The notes beneath the pieces are model-generated. The model was not told the DNA's origin, ran no database searches, and saw nothing but the letters and a program-made list of their open reading frames with translations. This document shows positions 51,079-60,037 of a DNA stretch of 64,000 nucleotides, in pieces. The DNA is from Candidatus Thorarchaeota archaeon (GTDB taxonomy: Archaea; Asgardarchaeota; Thorarchaeia; Thorarchaeales; Thorarchaeaceae): NCBI GenBank assembly GCA_030612005.1, contig JAUWOU010000003.1:2450-66449 (forward strand). The letters run 5' to 3'. The position numbers and the translations under genes were made by a program. The stretch's first letter is position 1, and each line of letters opens with the position of its first letter.

Positions 51079-51780
51079 GTGAAACTCATGTCAGACGGCT
51101 CTGAAAAGAAGAAAGAGAATGATACTCCAAAGGCAGAAGCAAAAGCGGAAGCAGAAGCACTAACTCCGGAAGAGAGTATCTCTCTTCTTACTAATATACC
51201 AGGCGTAGGACCTAAGACAGCTGAGAAGCTAGCGGAGTCAGGTTATGACACAATCAAAAAAGTGTCAGAGGCTGACAAAGAAGCTCTTGCAGCTGCAGTT
51301 ACTGGGCTAAGCGAAGCTAAAGCTGATGCAGTAATTGGAGAAGCCTTTGATCTTCAGGAGAAGATTGATTCGGGCGAAATTGATTTGAGTGCTAAAGCCA
51401 AATCCAAGAGGAAGAAGGCACCAGAGCCAGAACCCGACAAACATGATCTTCCAGCATTAGAAGAGATTACTCGTGCAGAGGAAAGAAAGAATCTGGTAAC
51501 GGGTTATGACTTAGATAAAGCAGCTATTGGCGTGACCATAGGTCCAAAATGGATGACAAAATACGAGAAAGCCCGTATTATTGGCGCACGTACTCTACAG
51601 ATTGCTATGGGAGCTCCAATCATGATTGATGTGAAAACAGCACCTATGTCTCGTTACGGCTTTGCTGAATTGGAACTTAAATCAGGATTGCTTCCTATGA
51701 CAGTTAGGAGATCCCTACCTACTGGTGAATTTATCGACGTTCCGTTAACGTTGTTGCTCAAGCATTCGAGGTTGGAATAA
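51079..51780 (+). CDS. rpoK: DNA-directed RNA polymerase subunit K (Rpo6/Rpb6) domain with an unusual N-terminal extension carrying an HhH motif and Lys/Ala/Glu-rich linker
   Basis: C-terminal 'MTKYEKARIIGARTLQIAMGAPIMIDVK...LLPMTVRRSLPTGEFIDV' matches the Rpb6/RpoK core. N-terminal 'LTNIPGVGPKTAEKLAESGYDTIKKV' is a helix-hairpin-helix. The reading frame is open throughout. Confidence 0.6.
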   Translation: MKLMSDGSEKKKENDTPKAEAKAEAEALTPEESISLLTNIPGVGPKTAEKLAESGYDTIKKVSEADKEALAAAVTGLSEAKADAVIGEAFDLQEKIDSGEIDLSAKAKSKRKKAPEPEPDKHDLPALEEITRAEERKNLVTGYDLDKAAIGVTIGPKWMTKYEKARIIGARTLQIAMGAPIMIDVKTAPMSRYGFAELELKSGLLPMTVRRSLPTGEFIDVPLTLLLKHSRLE

Positions 51781-51878
51781 TACCAACCTCCATCTTTTCT
51801 TTTTCATTTTATAATGTCATCATAATACGCCTTAAAAGAGAGGCATCATAAACTAATAGGTCCCAGTGGTGACATCAT

Positions 51879-53195
51879 GTGCAGGAATTGCTATTAACCT
51901 CAGACCTAATTGTGAAGGCGCTTCTCGGATTTGTTGTTGGAGCCTTGATTGGTCTTGAGCGGCAGAAGAAGATGGACAATGAAAGGGTAGCAGGAGTGAG
52001 ATCCTTTGGTCTGCACAGTCTTCTTGGTGCAATGTCTGTTTACATATCAGAAATAACTGCAAATCCGGTGATTCTGATTTATGGTGTATCAATTTCCCTT
52101 ATTCTCGTTGCAGCACAAGTCTATTGGAAATTATTTCGACGGATGGGAAAAGGACTGACTACACCTCTTGTGTTCTCGCTCGTCTTTATTCTTGGAGCAC
52201 TTGTCGGTTTTGATACTCCCGCGGATGGTCAGATGTTTGGAACTCTACAGATCTTCGCAATGGCGGTATCTTTCCTTGTATTCCTCGTACTTGGTTTCAA
52301 GGATGAGCTAGCTCATGCAGTAGATGTGATTTCCCGTGAAGAAATGATTAGTGCGGTAGAATTGGGAGTAATCATACTCTTTCTCTGGCCGTTGATACCA
52401 CAGACAATTCAATTAGGTGTAATAGAATTTCCAGCATTCCAGACATATTTCTTGATAGTACTCCTGCTTGTGGTCAGTTTTGGAAACTATCTTCTTGTCA
52501 AAAAATTCAAAGACCGTGGTATCTACTTCTTTGGGCTCTTCGGTGGACTGGCAAATAGTGAAGCAGCAGTATCTAGTCTTACAGATTTCTACGTCAAGGA
52601 AGAAAGAAAGGGAGCAAGTCGAATCGCTCTCTCAATCAATTTTGCAAATGTTGCCATGGTTCTTCGTAATGGGCTTCTACTTCTAATCATAGACAGAACA
52701 CTATTGCTCTTTAGACTCTATTTAATCCCGATTACGATTCTTATAGTCATCAGCATGATTCGAATGATAGTAGAAAGCAAGTCAAATGATATTCCCGAGG
52801 GTCAGCTCTTTAATATCAAGCTTGTTTCCCCATTTGAGTTTGGACCAGCACTCAGATTTGGAGCGATATTTTCAGGGGTTGTATTGATTCAGCTATTCTT
52901 TGCAGAATCTTTGAGTGGAACAGGGCTAATCATCGCAGCACTCATTGGTGGTTTTGTTTCAGCAGGAGCTGTTGTCGCAAGTTCAGCAGCAGTATTCATG
53001 ATTGACCCAACTCTATATCCAGAGGCAGGGATGGCAATAATCATTGCTACAATAATCTCGGTTCTCAACAAGATGATCTACGTCTATATCGCGGATAGGG
53101 AAACAAGGCTTCTGAAAATCGTTGCTCGCGATTCAGTGATCATTGGCTCTGTCATAACACTGTACTTGGTCTTGTTTGCATTGGGTCTTATATAG
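51879..53195 (+). CDS. MgtC/SapB-family membrane protein with a DUF4010-like C-terminal membrane domain
   Basis: 'GFVVGALIGLERQKK...VAGVRSF' MgtC N-terminal signature, followed by about 10 TM helices. Confidence 0.6.
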   Translation: MQELLLTSDLIVKALLGFVVGALIGLERQKKMDNERVAGVRSFGLHSLLGAMSVYISEITANPVILIYGVSISLILVAAQVYWKLFRRMGKGLTTPLVFSLVFILGALVGFDTPADGQMFGTLQIFAMAVSFLVFLVLGFKDELAHAVDVISREEMISAVELGVIILFLWPLIPQTIQLGVIEFPAFQTYFLIVLLLVVSFGNYLLVKKFKDRGIYFFGLFGGLANSEAAVSSLTDFYVKEERKGASRIALSINFANVAMVLRNGLLLLIIDRTLLLFRLYLIPITILIVISMIRMIVESKSNDIPEGQLFNIKLVSPFEFGPALRFGAIFSGVVLIQLFFAESLSGTGLIIAALIGGFVSAGAVVASSAAVFMIDPTLYPEAGMAIIIATIISVLNKMIYVYIADRETRLLKIVARDSVIIGSVITLYLVLFALGLI

Positions 53196-53359
53196 ACTAA
53201 AGGAATCCAGTTAACACAACACTTAAAGTGAAAAAGACAGAATTCGAGTTCGGTGACAAAAGTGAAAGATGGTGGCTTTGTTCATCGGGATTATCGATAG
53301 AACTAGTGGATACTCTGCCGCCCGCATCTGTTACCGGAACGAATTTTGGAGGACTTCCA

Positions 53360-54670
53360 ATGAGTGAAATGAGAACAGTCAGAGGTATGAGAGACCTCTT
53401 TGGACCTGAGATGAGAGCCAAAGATTATCTCGTTGCAACAGCAATTGATGTCTTCCAGAAGTTTGGCTATGAACCACTCGATTCTCCGGTTGTAGAATTG
53501 TGGGAAACGCTCTCAGCAAAAGGTGGAGAGGAAGTAGAAGCAGAAACCTTCAAGTTCACCGACAAAGGTGAGCGAGAGGTTGGGTTAAGATTTGACCTTA
53601 CAGTACCCTTAGCTCGGATTGCAGCCACAAACCCCCATCTACCCAAGCCATTCAAACGCTATGCCGTGGGTAAAGCTTGGCGGTATGATAGGCCCCAAGC
53701 AGGTCGTTATAGAGAATTTGAGCAGGCGGATGTTGATATAATCGGAGCTTCAAGCCCTGCAGCAGACGCTGAGGTAGTGCTTGTTGCACTTGAATTTCTT
53801 AGGCGAATTTTCGGAGATGAGTACCTTATCAAAATCAACAATCGGAAGGTGTTGAAGGGACTCACTGAACGTGCTGGTGTACCTGATGAGCTTGCATTCG
53901 AGTGTTTCAGAGCAATTGACAAATTAGACAAGATTAGTCGCGATGGAGTTCTTGAAGAATTAAAGAATAGAGGCATCAGCAAAGAATCAAGTGATTTTCT
54001 GATTGACGCTATTGGAATCAAAGGGTCGGGTGTTGGTTCTCTAGATGAATTTAGGGAGCTTCTTACAGGCTCAGAAATCGGACTGGAAGGAGTCGAGGAA
54101 CTCGTAATGATGGCAGAAATCTTCGATGGTGCTGGAGTTGGGAACGAAATTGTATTTGATATGTCTCTAGCAAGGGGTCTTGATTATTATACAGGACCAG
54201 TATTCGAAGGCCGATACTTGGGTAAGCCAAAGGTAGGTTCCATTCTTGGTGGTGGTCGTTATGATCATTTAATCGAGAAATTTGGAGGACAATCTACGCC
54301 TGCAACCGGCGTTTCCCTTGGCATAGGTCGAATGATAGAAGTAGTCTTGGCTCGAGGATTACCAGACAATCTCATTCCCAGACTTGATGTTTTCATCGCG
54401 CCCATAAAATCACCAATGGTTCGATACGGTATGACCATCCAGAATGATTTGGTGAAAGCAGGAATCTCTTGTCAAGTAGACCTCATGGATAGGTCTCTCA
54501 AGAAGCTCTTTGCTCAAGCGGATTCAAAGAATGCTTCATTAACAGTAATTATTGGTCAACGAGATATTGAGAAGGGAGAAGTAAGCGTTCGCGATATGAA
54601 GACCAAGGACACTGAACAGGTCAAGCTAGACGCAGTAGTGAAATTCATCAAGAAATCTCTGAAAAAGTAA
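53360..54670 (+). CDS. hisS: Histidyl-tRNA synthetase
   Basis: 'MRTVRGMRDLFG', 'FKRYAVGKAWRYDRPQAGRYREFEQADVDIIG' and class II motifs. The start is at internal ATG 53360 (GGAGG RBS 8 nt upstream), not 53228. Confidence 0.85.
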   Translation: MSEMRTVRGMRDLFGPEMRAKDYLVATAIDVFQKFGYEPLDSPVVELWETLSAKGGEEVEAETFKFTDKGEREVGLRFDLTVPLARIAATNPHLPKPFKRYAVGKAWRYDRPQAGRYREFEQADVDIIGASSPAADAEVVLVALEFLRRIFGDEYLIKINNRKVLKGLTERAGVPDELAFECFRAIDKLDKISRDGVLEELKNRGISKESSDFLIDAIGIKGSGVGSLDEFRELLTGSEIGLEGVEELVMMAEIFDGAGVGNEIVFDMSLARGLDYYTGPVFEGRYLGKPKVGSILGGGRYDHLIEKFGGQSTPATGVSLGIGRMIEVVLARGLPDNLIPRLDVFIAPIKSPMVRYGMTIQNDLVKAGISCQVDLMDRSLKKLFAQADSKNASLTVIIGQRDIEKGEVSVRDMKTKDTEQVKLDAVVKFIKKSLKK

Positions 54671-54731
54671 CTACGAGGTAAGACCAAAGGCTTTTCTCGT
54701 GGAGTGTATACTATACTCAAAGGGAGAATCA

Positions 54732-55571
54732 ATGACAAGAATGCCTGTTGTTGCTGGAAGGTTCTATGAAGGAAAAGAAGACCTTCTCACCAAACGTATA
54801 GAGAATTGTTTCTTGGGAAATCTAGGTCCAGGTAAACTACCTGAAGGAGACCCCGGAACATCTAGGAATTTGAAAGCAGTCATTGCTCCGCACGCGGGAT
54901 ACGTTTACTCTGGAATGCCAGCAGCACATGCCTATCTGAATATCTTTGAAGACGGTAGGCCTGATCATATTGTTGTCCTTGGACCAAATCATACAGGTAT
55001 GGGAGCTAGATTAGCAGTTTGCAATGATGACTGGGAAACACCATTAGGTAAGGCAATATTCGATAGTGGTCTAGGCGCTGCAATCGTAGAAGAGAATGAA
55101 TTTGCAGTCAACGACTGCATAGCCCATAGTAATGAACACTCGATAGAAGTGCAGGTACCCTTTCTACAATACATATTCGGACCTGACGTAAATTTCATTC
55201 CTATATGTATCACCGATCAATCCTACAGCGTTTGTGAATCGATAGGAATGACACTTGCTAAACTCGCAGAGAACGAAGACATACTTGTAATTGCTAGTTC
55301 AGACTTTACACACTTCGAAACGGCAGATAGTGCGAAGAAGAAGGACAATCAGGCTATGGAATACCTTGAATTCTTTGACCCCGAGGGATTCCTCAATTTT
55401 GTTCAAGGACATCGTATTAGCATATGTGGAGCAGGTCCAATAGCAGCTGCAATGGTCTTTGCTAAAGAGCGAGGTGCGGTTCAGTTCAATCTGCTGAAGT
55501 ACACCACATCAGGTGATATCAGTGGAGACAACAAGAGTGTTGTTGCATATGTAGCTGCGACAATTATCTGA
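54732..55571 (+). CDS. Memo1-family protein (AmmeMemoRadiSam system protein B-like)
   Basis: 'MPVVAGRFYEG...AVIAPHAGYVYSG' Memo signature. The start is at the internal ATG with an upstream AGGGAG. Confidence 0.8.
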   Translation: MTRMPVVAGRFYEGKEDLLTKRIENCFLGNLGPGKLPEGDPGTSRNLKAVIAPHAGYVYSGMPAAHAYLNIFEDGRPDHIVVLGPNHTGMGARLAVCNDDWETPLGKAIFDSGLGAAIVEENEFAVNDCIAHSNEHSIEVQVPFLQYIFGPDVNFIPICITDQSYSVCESIGMTLAKLAENEDILVIASSDFTHFETADSAKKKDNQAMEYLEFFDPEGFLNFVQGHRISICGAGPIAAAMVFAKERGAVQFNLLKYTTSGDISGDNKSVVAYVAATII

Positions 55572-55612
55572 TTAGCGTGTGTAGTAATAGAAGAACGAAA
55601 GCCACCTTGATT

Positions 55613-56911
55613 CTACGCACTCTCATCGCCAATTGGAATGTCGAGAGGTGCACTGCCTTCAGAAGCATCTTCTTTCTTTATGTCCGCAGGAAGACCAACT
55701 CCAGCAACCAGACCGCCAATCAGTGAAACACTTCCAGCTATGAGTAGAGAAGAGATAGCGGTGCCATCCAGATCAAAGAGATAACCACTCATTGTAGGAC
55801 TTACAACATAGGCACTATTACTAATGGCACCGAAGAAACCCATGACCCGTCCATAAGAGCCTGGGTCAGTGAGATCTGCAATCATTGCTTGAATCGCTGG
55901 TCCACGCATTGACATTCCTATTGCGAGAACAGCGCCAGCAAAATAGAAACTAGTTGTATCAGTTGCAGTTGCAAACATCAGCATAGAAAATGTCCCGATA
56001 ATAGCTCCAACCACAATCAGCCACTTTCGACCACTTTTATCCGAGAGTTTTCCAAATCCAATATTGCCGATAATCATGATAATGCCAATGACACCAAAGA
56101 ACCCTCCGATTTCAAGGGGTCCTATACCAAATCTAACAACAGCATCAAGCATGAATGCAACTTCAAGAACTCCGATTGCGAACATATTCGCAAACATTGC
56201 AACGCCTAGAGCACCATAAGCAGTACGGGCTCGGGAGAGAACTTCTTTGAGCGGAACCTTGGGAGGTTTCTTCTCTCTAGATTGTATCTTTCGTTTTGGT
56301 TCCTGAACTAAGATTGTGAGTAACAACATAGTGAATAGCGTCACACCAGCTGCGATTATGAAAGGTAAGCGAATGCCAAGGAATTCTGCAAGCACACCTC
56401 CAACAACAGGTCCGACAACAAAACCAACCATATTCCCTGTGCTGAGGTAACCCATTGCGGTACCCCGATTCTCGGGGGTTGTCATATCAGATACAAATGC
56501 ATTAGCAGTAGGAAAGAAACCAGCTGATACAGCACCTTCTACGGCACGTGCTGCAATCATCACCCATGCGTCCTGTGCAAAAGCATAGACAATATTAGAA
56601 ATTGCAAAACCAAGCAGTGAGTACACGAGAATCTTTTTACGACCTACTGTGTCAGAAAGCCCGCCCAGAGGTCCAGCTAGAAAGATACGGGAGGCCGCAA
56701 AAGAGGCTGCTAATACTCCCAGCTCAATACCACCCATTCCAAGTTCTGTGATGTAAACCGGAAACACTGGAACTATAAATCCAAAACCAATCTGTAGGAC
56801 ACATAGCGAAATTGCCAACATCATAACCTGATACATGCCGCTATGTCCGGTTTCCTCTTCGAACTCTGCAAGGATATCATCTGCAGATTGCGGCTCAGGT
56901 GTGGGGTCCAT
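55613..56911 (-). CDS. MFS transporter
   Basis: 12 TM helices; 'GGLSDTVGRKKIL' MFS motif A-like. Confidence 0.85.
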   Translation of the reverse strand: MDPTPEPQSADDILAEFEEETGHSGMYQVMMLAISLCVLQIGFGFIVPVFPVYITELGMGGIELGVLAASFAASRIFLAGPLGGLSDTVGRKKILVYSLLGFAISNIVYAFAQDAWVMIAARAVEGAVSAGFFPTANAFVSDMTTPENRGTAMGYLSTGNMVGFVVGPVVGGVLAEFLGIRLPFIIAAGVTLFTMLLLTILVQEPKRKIQSREKKPPKVPLKEVLSRARTAYGALGVAMFANMFAIGVLEVAFMLDAVVRFGIGPLEIGGFFGVIGIIMIIGNIGFGKLSDKSGRKWLIVVGAIIGTFSMLMFATATDTTSFYFAGAVLAIGMSMRGPAIQAMIADLTDPGSYGRVMGFFGAISNSAYVVSPTMSGYLFDLDGTAISSLLIAGSVSLIGGLVAGVGLPADIKKEDASEGSAPLDIPIGDESA

Positions 56912-56978
56912 TCAAAAAACACTCTACTACTCGGAATAGATTCCCCTTTTCAAGGTTCAGAATATGACATAGACTCCA

Positions 56979-57497
56979 TTATTTATCGATGATAACTTTG
57001 CGAACTCCTCTAATATCAGAGAGATTTTTTATTACACTCCCGGGAAGGGGCTCTTCAGTTATTACCTTAAGACAAGGTTCCTCATAGATTGCCACATCCT
57101 CTGCAAGAACTTGGCGTATAGGAATACCACGTCCTGCAATCATAGAAGTTACTGCAGAAATTATCCCAGGCGAGTCTGGTGACTCAACCATTATCGTAAC
57201 AACACCATATCCAAGAACTCTACGAACGCCTTCAAGTGATGGACCTGCTGGTCTTAGTAATTTAAAGAAGTCACATAGATCGGAATTACTGCAGATATCT
57301 TCAGTAGTTGCACGTACAGTTCTTCTATCTATATTAAGAGCTGTTCCTAATGATTTCAAAGGTATGCGGATGTCGCCACATTTTATCACACCGGGTCCAT
57401 CAACACTGAATCCATGACGAACTATAGCTTGGGCTACTTTGAGTCTCTGAGGACTATCTCTAAAGTGATCAACAATTCTACGCCACATACTATGCAC
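56979..57497 (-). CDS. Putative regulator with N-terminal DNA-binding-like and C-terminal ACT-like domains (COG2150-like)
   Basis: 'GYGVVTIMVESPDSPGIISAVTSMIAGRGIPIRQV' ACT-like fold. Lies between the transporter and the GRE operon. Confidence 0.5.
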   Translation of the reverse strand: MHSMWRRIVDHFRDSPQRLKVAQAIVRHGFSVDGPGVIKCGDIRIPLKSLGTALNIDRRTVRATTEDICSNSDLCDFFKLLRPAGPSLEGVRRVLGYGVVTIMVESPDSPGIISAVTSMIAGRGIPIRQVLAEDVAIYEEPCLKVITEEPLPGSVIKNLSDIRGVRKVIIDK

Positions 57498-57638
57498 CCT
57501 ATTTTTCAGGCCGCTCTTGTTCTTTTCTCATGTGCACACCTTCTATAAAGCTCTTCGTTTAGAATTTTAACCTCCCAAATATAGGAATATTCTCAAAGAT
57601 GAAAGAGTTAGAGAATAATTACTGGAGAAAGTAATTGA

Positions 57639-58229
57639 CTACTTACTAATCTCCTTCTCCATAAGCACTTCATTAACGAAACCATTGGGCATATTGAAGT
57701 GATTCTTTCGTACACCAACAACTCTGTAACCCAGGTCCAGATATAGTGCTTTGGCTACTTTGTTATCCTCAAAGGTGCTTAGGACTATTTTCGTAAAATC
57801 ACGCTCTAGTCCGAGTTCTTCACCAGCTAACATCAGGGACCGACCGACACTGATATTTCGACATTCTTTGATCACGATGATTCCAAGCTTGGCAACGTGT
57901 TGAGATGCATTCCATTCCTCAGGTTGCAATGTTAGATGTCCAGCATATTCGTCATCTAAGAAAGCAATTAGTAAGATATCTCGATTACGATTTGTCTTAT
58001 CTATCCAGTGAACCCAATCTGAGATATGTGAATTTGCAGAGAACGTTGGTAACCAAATTCCCTCATCAACTACACAATGAAATCCCTCATGCAGTTTGGG
58101 AGCGTCTCCGCGTTGAGCAGTTCGAACTAATATGGACCGCCCATCCTTTGCTGTGTACTCCCATTTCTTCAATGCACTGCACCGAAACTTTGTCATTATG
58201 AGCCTACAAAAAAGCTTGCGGTGTGGCAA
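57639..58229 (-). CDS. GNAT-family N-acetyltransferase
   Basis: 'LLIAFLDDEYAGHLTLQ...IKECRNISVGRSLM' GNAT core. The true start may be internal. Confidence 0.7.
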   Translation of the reverse strand: MPHRKLFCRLIMTKFRCSALKKWEYTAKDGRSILVRTAQRGDAPKLHEGFHCVVDEGIWLPTFSANSHISDWVHWIDKTNRNRDILLIAFLDDEYAGHLTLQPEEWNASQHVAKLGIIVIKECRNISVGRSLMLAGEELGLERDFTKIVLSTFEDNKVAKALYLDLGYRVVGVRKNHFNMPNGFVNEVLMEKEISK

Positions 58230-58239
58230 AACTTCGAGG

Positions 58240-59094
58240 TCATTCTACCCGGGTAAGCAAAGGTAGGTCTACACGAATTCCCGGTCTTGGTAGTGAACAG
58301 GCATAAACCCGATCAAACTTGACATACCCTATGTTGTCATTAATCTCATGAAAAGTTCCTTTCATCTGGAATGCAGCAGGGTCTAAGGATACAAGTGAAA
58401 TAGCAACTCGTTGACCATCTCTTAGTGAATATCCACGTCGTTTCTCTTGGTCCCGTTTCATAACCACAGAATTGGATGATACTGGAAGCATACCGAACTC
58501 GGGAAATGCCGCAGGGTAACCATCATCATCAATGAACGCAAGCACCTTGACTGCAGCCATTTTGGAAAAAATCTCATAGACATTATTAGGCATATTTCCC
58601 TCTATTGTTTCTTCAACCGGAACTTTGCCTTTTACCATCTTTGTCTTAATGAAGGATGCAAGGACAGAAGGTTTAGAGATACCGTATTTATCGCTGGATG
58701 AAATTGCCTCGGCAACACCAGCAGATCTTGCATTGGTGTACTGATTATACCTAAATAGCGGAGTCTGTGCTATGAACTCATAGAACTCATCATTCCGGTG
58801 AAAGGAGTCAAAATCAGACTTGATTAACCAACTATCTAATCCCATTGTCAATACAAGGAGAGACATCTGTTTGTTTCCATCATTGAGATTCATACGTGTC
58901 TTTTCGGTTAAGAAGTCACCATAGATCATGGTGTTTCCTTCATAGACTGTCCATGACATCACAAGGCTTGAATTGGGTTCTTCATTCGAATCCTTAGTTA
59001 TCATAAACTTTGGAGTTTCAAATATTTTCATTGCGTCTACAAGTTCGTCATCAAGTATTCTAGTTGGCACAGGGTCGTTCCTCCTGTTCTTCAT
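58240..59094 (-). CDS. Hypothetical protein (284 aa) co-transcribed with the GRE activase (35-nt overlap)
   Basis: ORF overlaps the 59060..60037 gene on the same strand. No recognisable motif. Confidence 0.5.
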   Translation of the reverse strand: MKNRRNDPVPTRILDDELVDAMKIFETPKFMITKDSNEEPNSSLVMSWTVYEGNTMIYGDFLTEKTRMNLNDGNKQMSLLVLTMGLDSWLIKSDFDSFHRNDEFYEFIAQTPLFRYNQYTNARSAGVAEAISSSDKYGISKPSVLASFIKTKMVKGKVPVEETIEGNMPNNVYEIFSKMAAVKVLAFIDDDGYPAAFPEFGMLPVSSNSVVMKRDQEKRRGYSLRDGQRVAISLVSLDPAAFQMKGTFHEINDNIGYVKFDRVYACSLPRPGIRVDLPLLTRVE

Positions 59095-60037
59095 TTGTAA
59101 TTGGTATCGTTGAATTTTTAGTCATTCCAGACCATTCAACATTTTCTACTCCTTCATTTCGAGCGATATCTGCCAAGTGTTCCATAGTTTCTTCAGATAT
59201 CAAATCAGCATCTTTCAATGGATATTCTAAATCAAAGAGCTTGTACTTGTCAGTACACATTCGATTGAAAGCAAGAAGGTCATATCGCACAACATTAGGC
59301 AGGTTCGCCACGATGAACTGTGCAATAGAACGTATGTTTATTTCACTATCAGTATGTTCAGGAATGATTGGAGTTCTAATCCAAACTGGTTTTCCACTCT
59401 CAGCTACAATTTTGGCATTTGCTAATACTCTATCAAGCGGAACACCAGTAAACTCCTCATGTTTTTGAGGGTCCATTATTTTCAGGTCGTAAAGAACCAT
59501 ATCCACATGTTGCAATGTATCCCGCATGATCTTCTCGCTGCAGTATCCACATGTGTCCAAAGCCACATGTACTTCATTAGCTTGAAGCCCAATGGCAATA
59601 TCTATCGCAAAATCAGATTGATAGGTCGCTTCACCACCTGAAAGAGTAACACCACCATTTGATGTAGTGAAGAACACTTTATCGCGGAGCAATTCTTCAA
59701 CAAGACTATCAGAGTCCCATGAATTGCCCATCAATTTCATTGCACCAGTGGGGCATTCGTCCTCACAAGTTCCACAAACCTTGCAAAGATCACGATCAAT
59801 TTTCATCCCATCAGGAGTAAGTTCGATAGCAGATTCGGGGCATGCACGAACGCAGGCTTGGTCACCAATACACTTCACAGCGTACCAGACAATTACTGGA
59901 TTTGCATTAATGGTTTCTATATTGTGACACCAGATACAGCTCATTGGACAACCCTTGAAGAAGACTGTTGTTCTAATACCTGGACCATCCTCGGTAGAGC
60001 ATCTTTGGATGTTGGTCACGAAACCAGTAGTAGTCAT
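59060..60037 (-). CDS. Glycyl-radical enzyme activating protein (radical SAM) with an inserted two-[4Fe-4S] ferredoxin-like domain
   Basis: 'GCPMSCIWCHN' CxxxCxxC radical-SAM motif. 'CIGDQACVRACPESAI' and 'CKVCGTCEDECPTGAM' ferredoxin motifs. 'GGVTLSGGEA'. Confidence 0.9.
   Translation of the reverse strand: MTTTGFVTNIQRCSTEDGPGIRTTVFFKGCPMSCIWCHNIETINANPVIVWYAVKCIGDQACVRACPESAIELTPDGMKIDRDLCKVCGTCEDECPTGAMKLMGNSWDSDSLVEELLRDKVFFTTSNGGVTLSGGEATYQSDFAIDIAIGLQANEVHVALDTCGYCSEKIMRDTLQHVDMVLYDLKIMDPQKHEEFTGVPLDRVLANAKIVAESGKPVWIRTPIIPEHTDSEINIRSIAQFIVANLPNVVRYDLLAFNRMCTDKYKLFDLEYPLKDADLISEETMEHLADIARNEGVENVEWSGMTKNSTIPITNEEQEERPCAN

Noticed and set aside
53228-53359. N-terminal 44-codon extension of the HisRS ORF
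   Set aside because: The extension overlaps the 3' end of the upstream MgtC-like gene and lacks an RBS. The internal ATG at 53360 has a GGAGG RBS and gives a canonical HisRS N-terminus.
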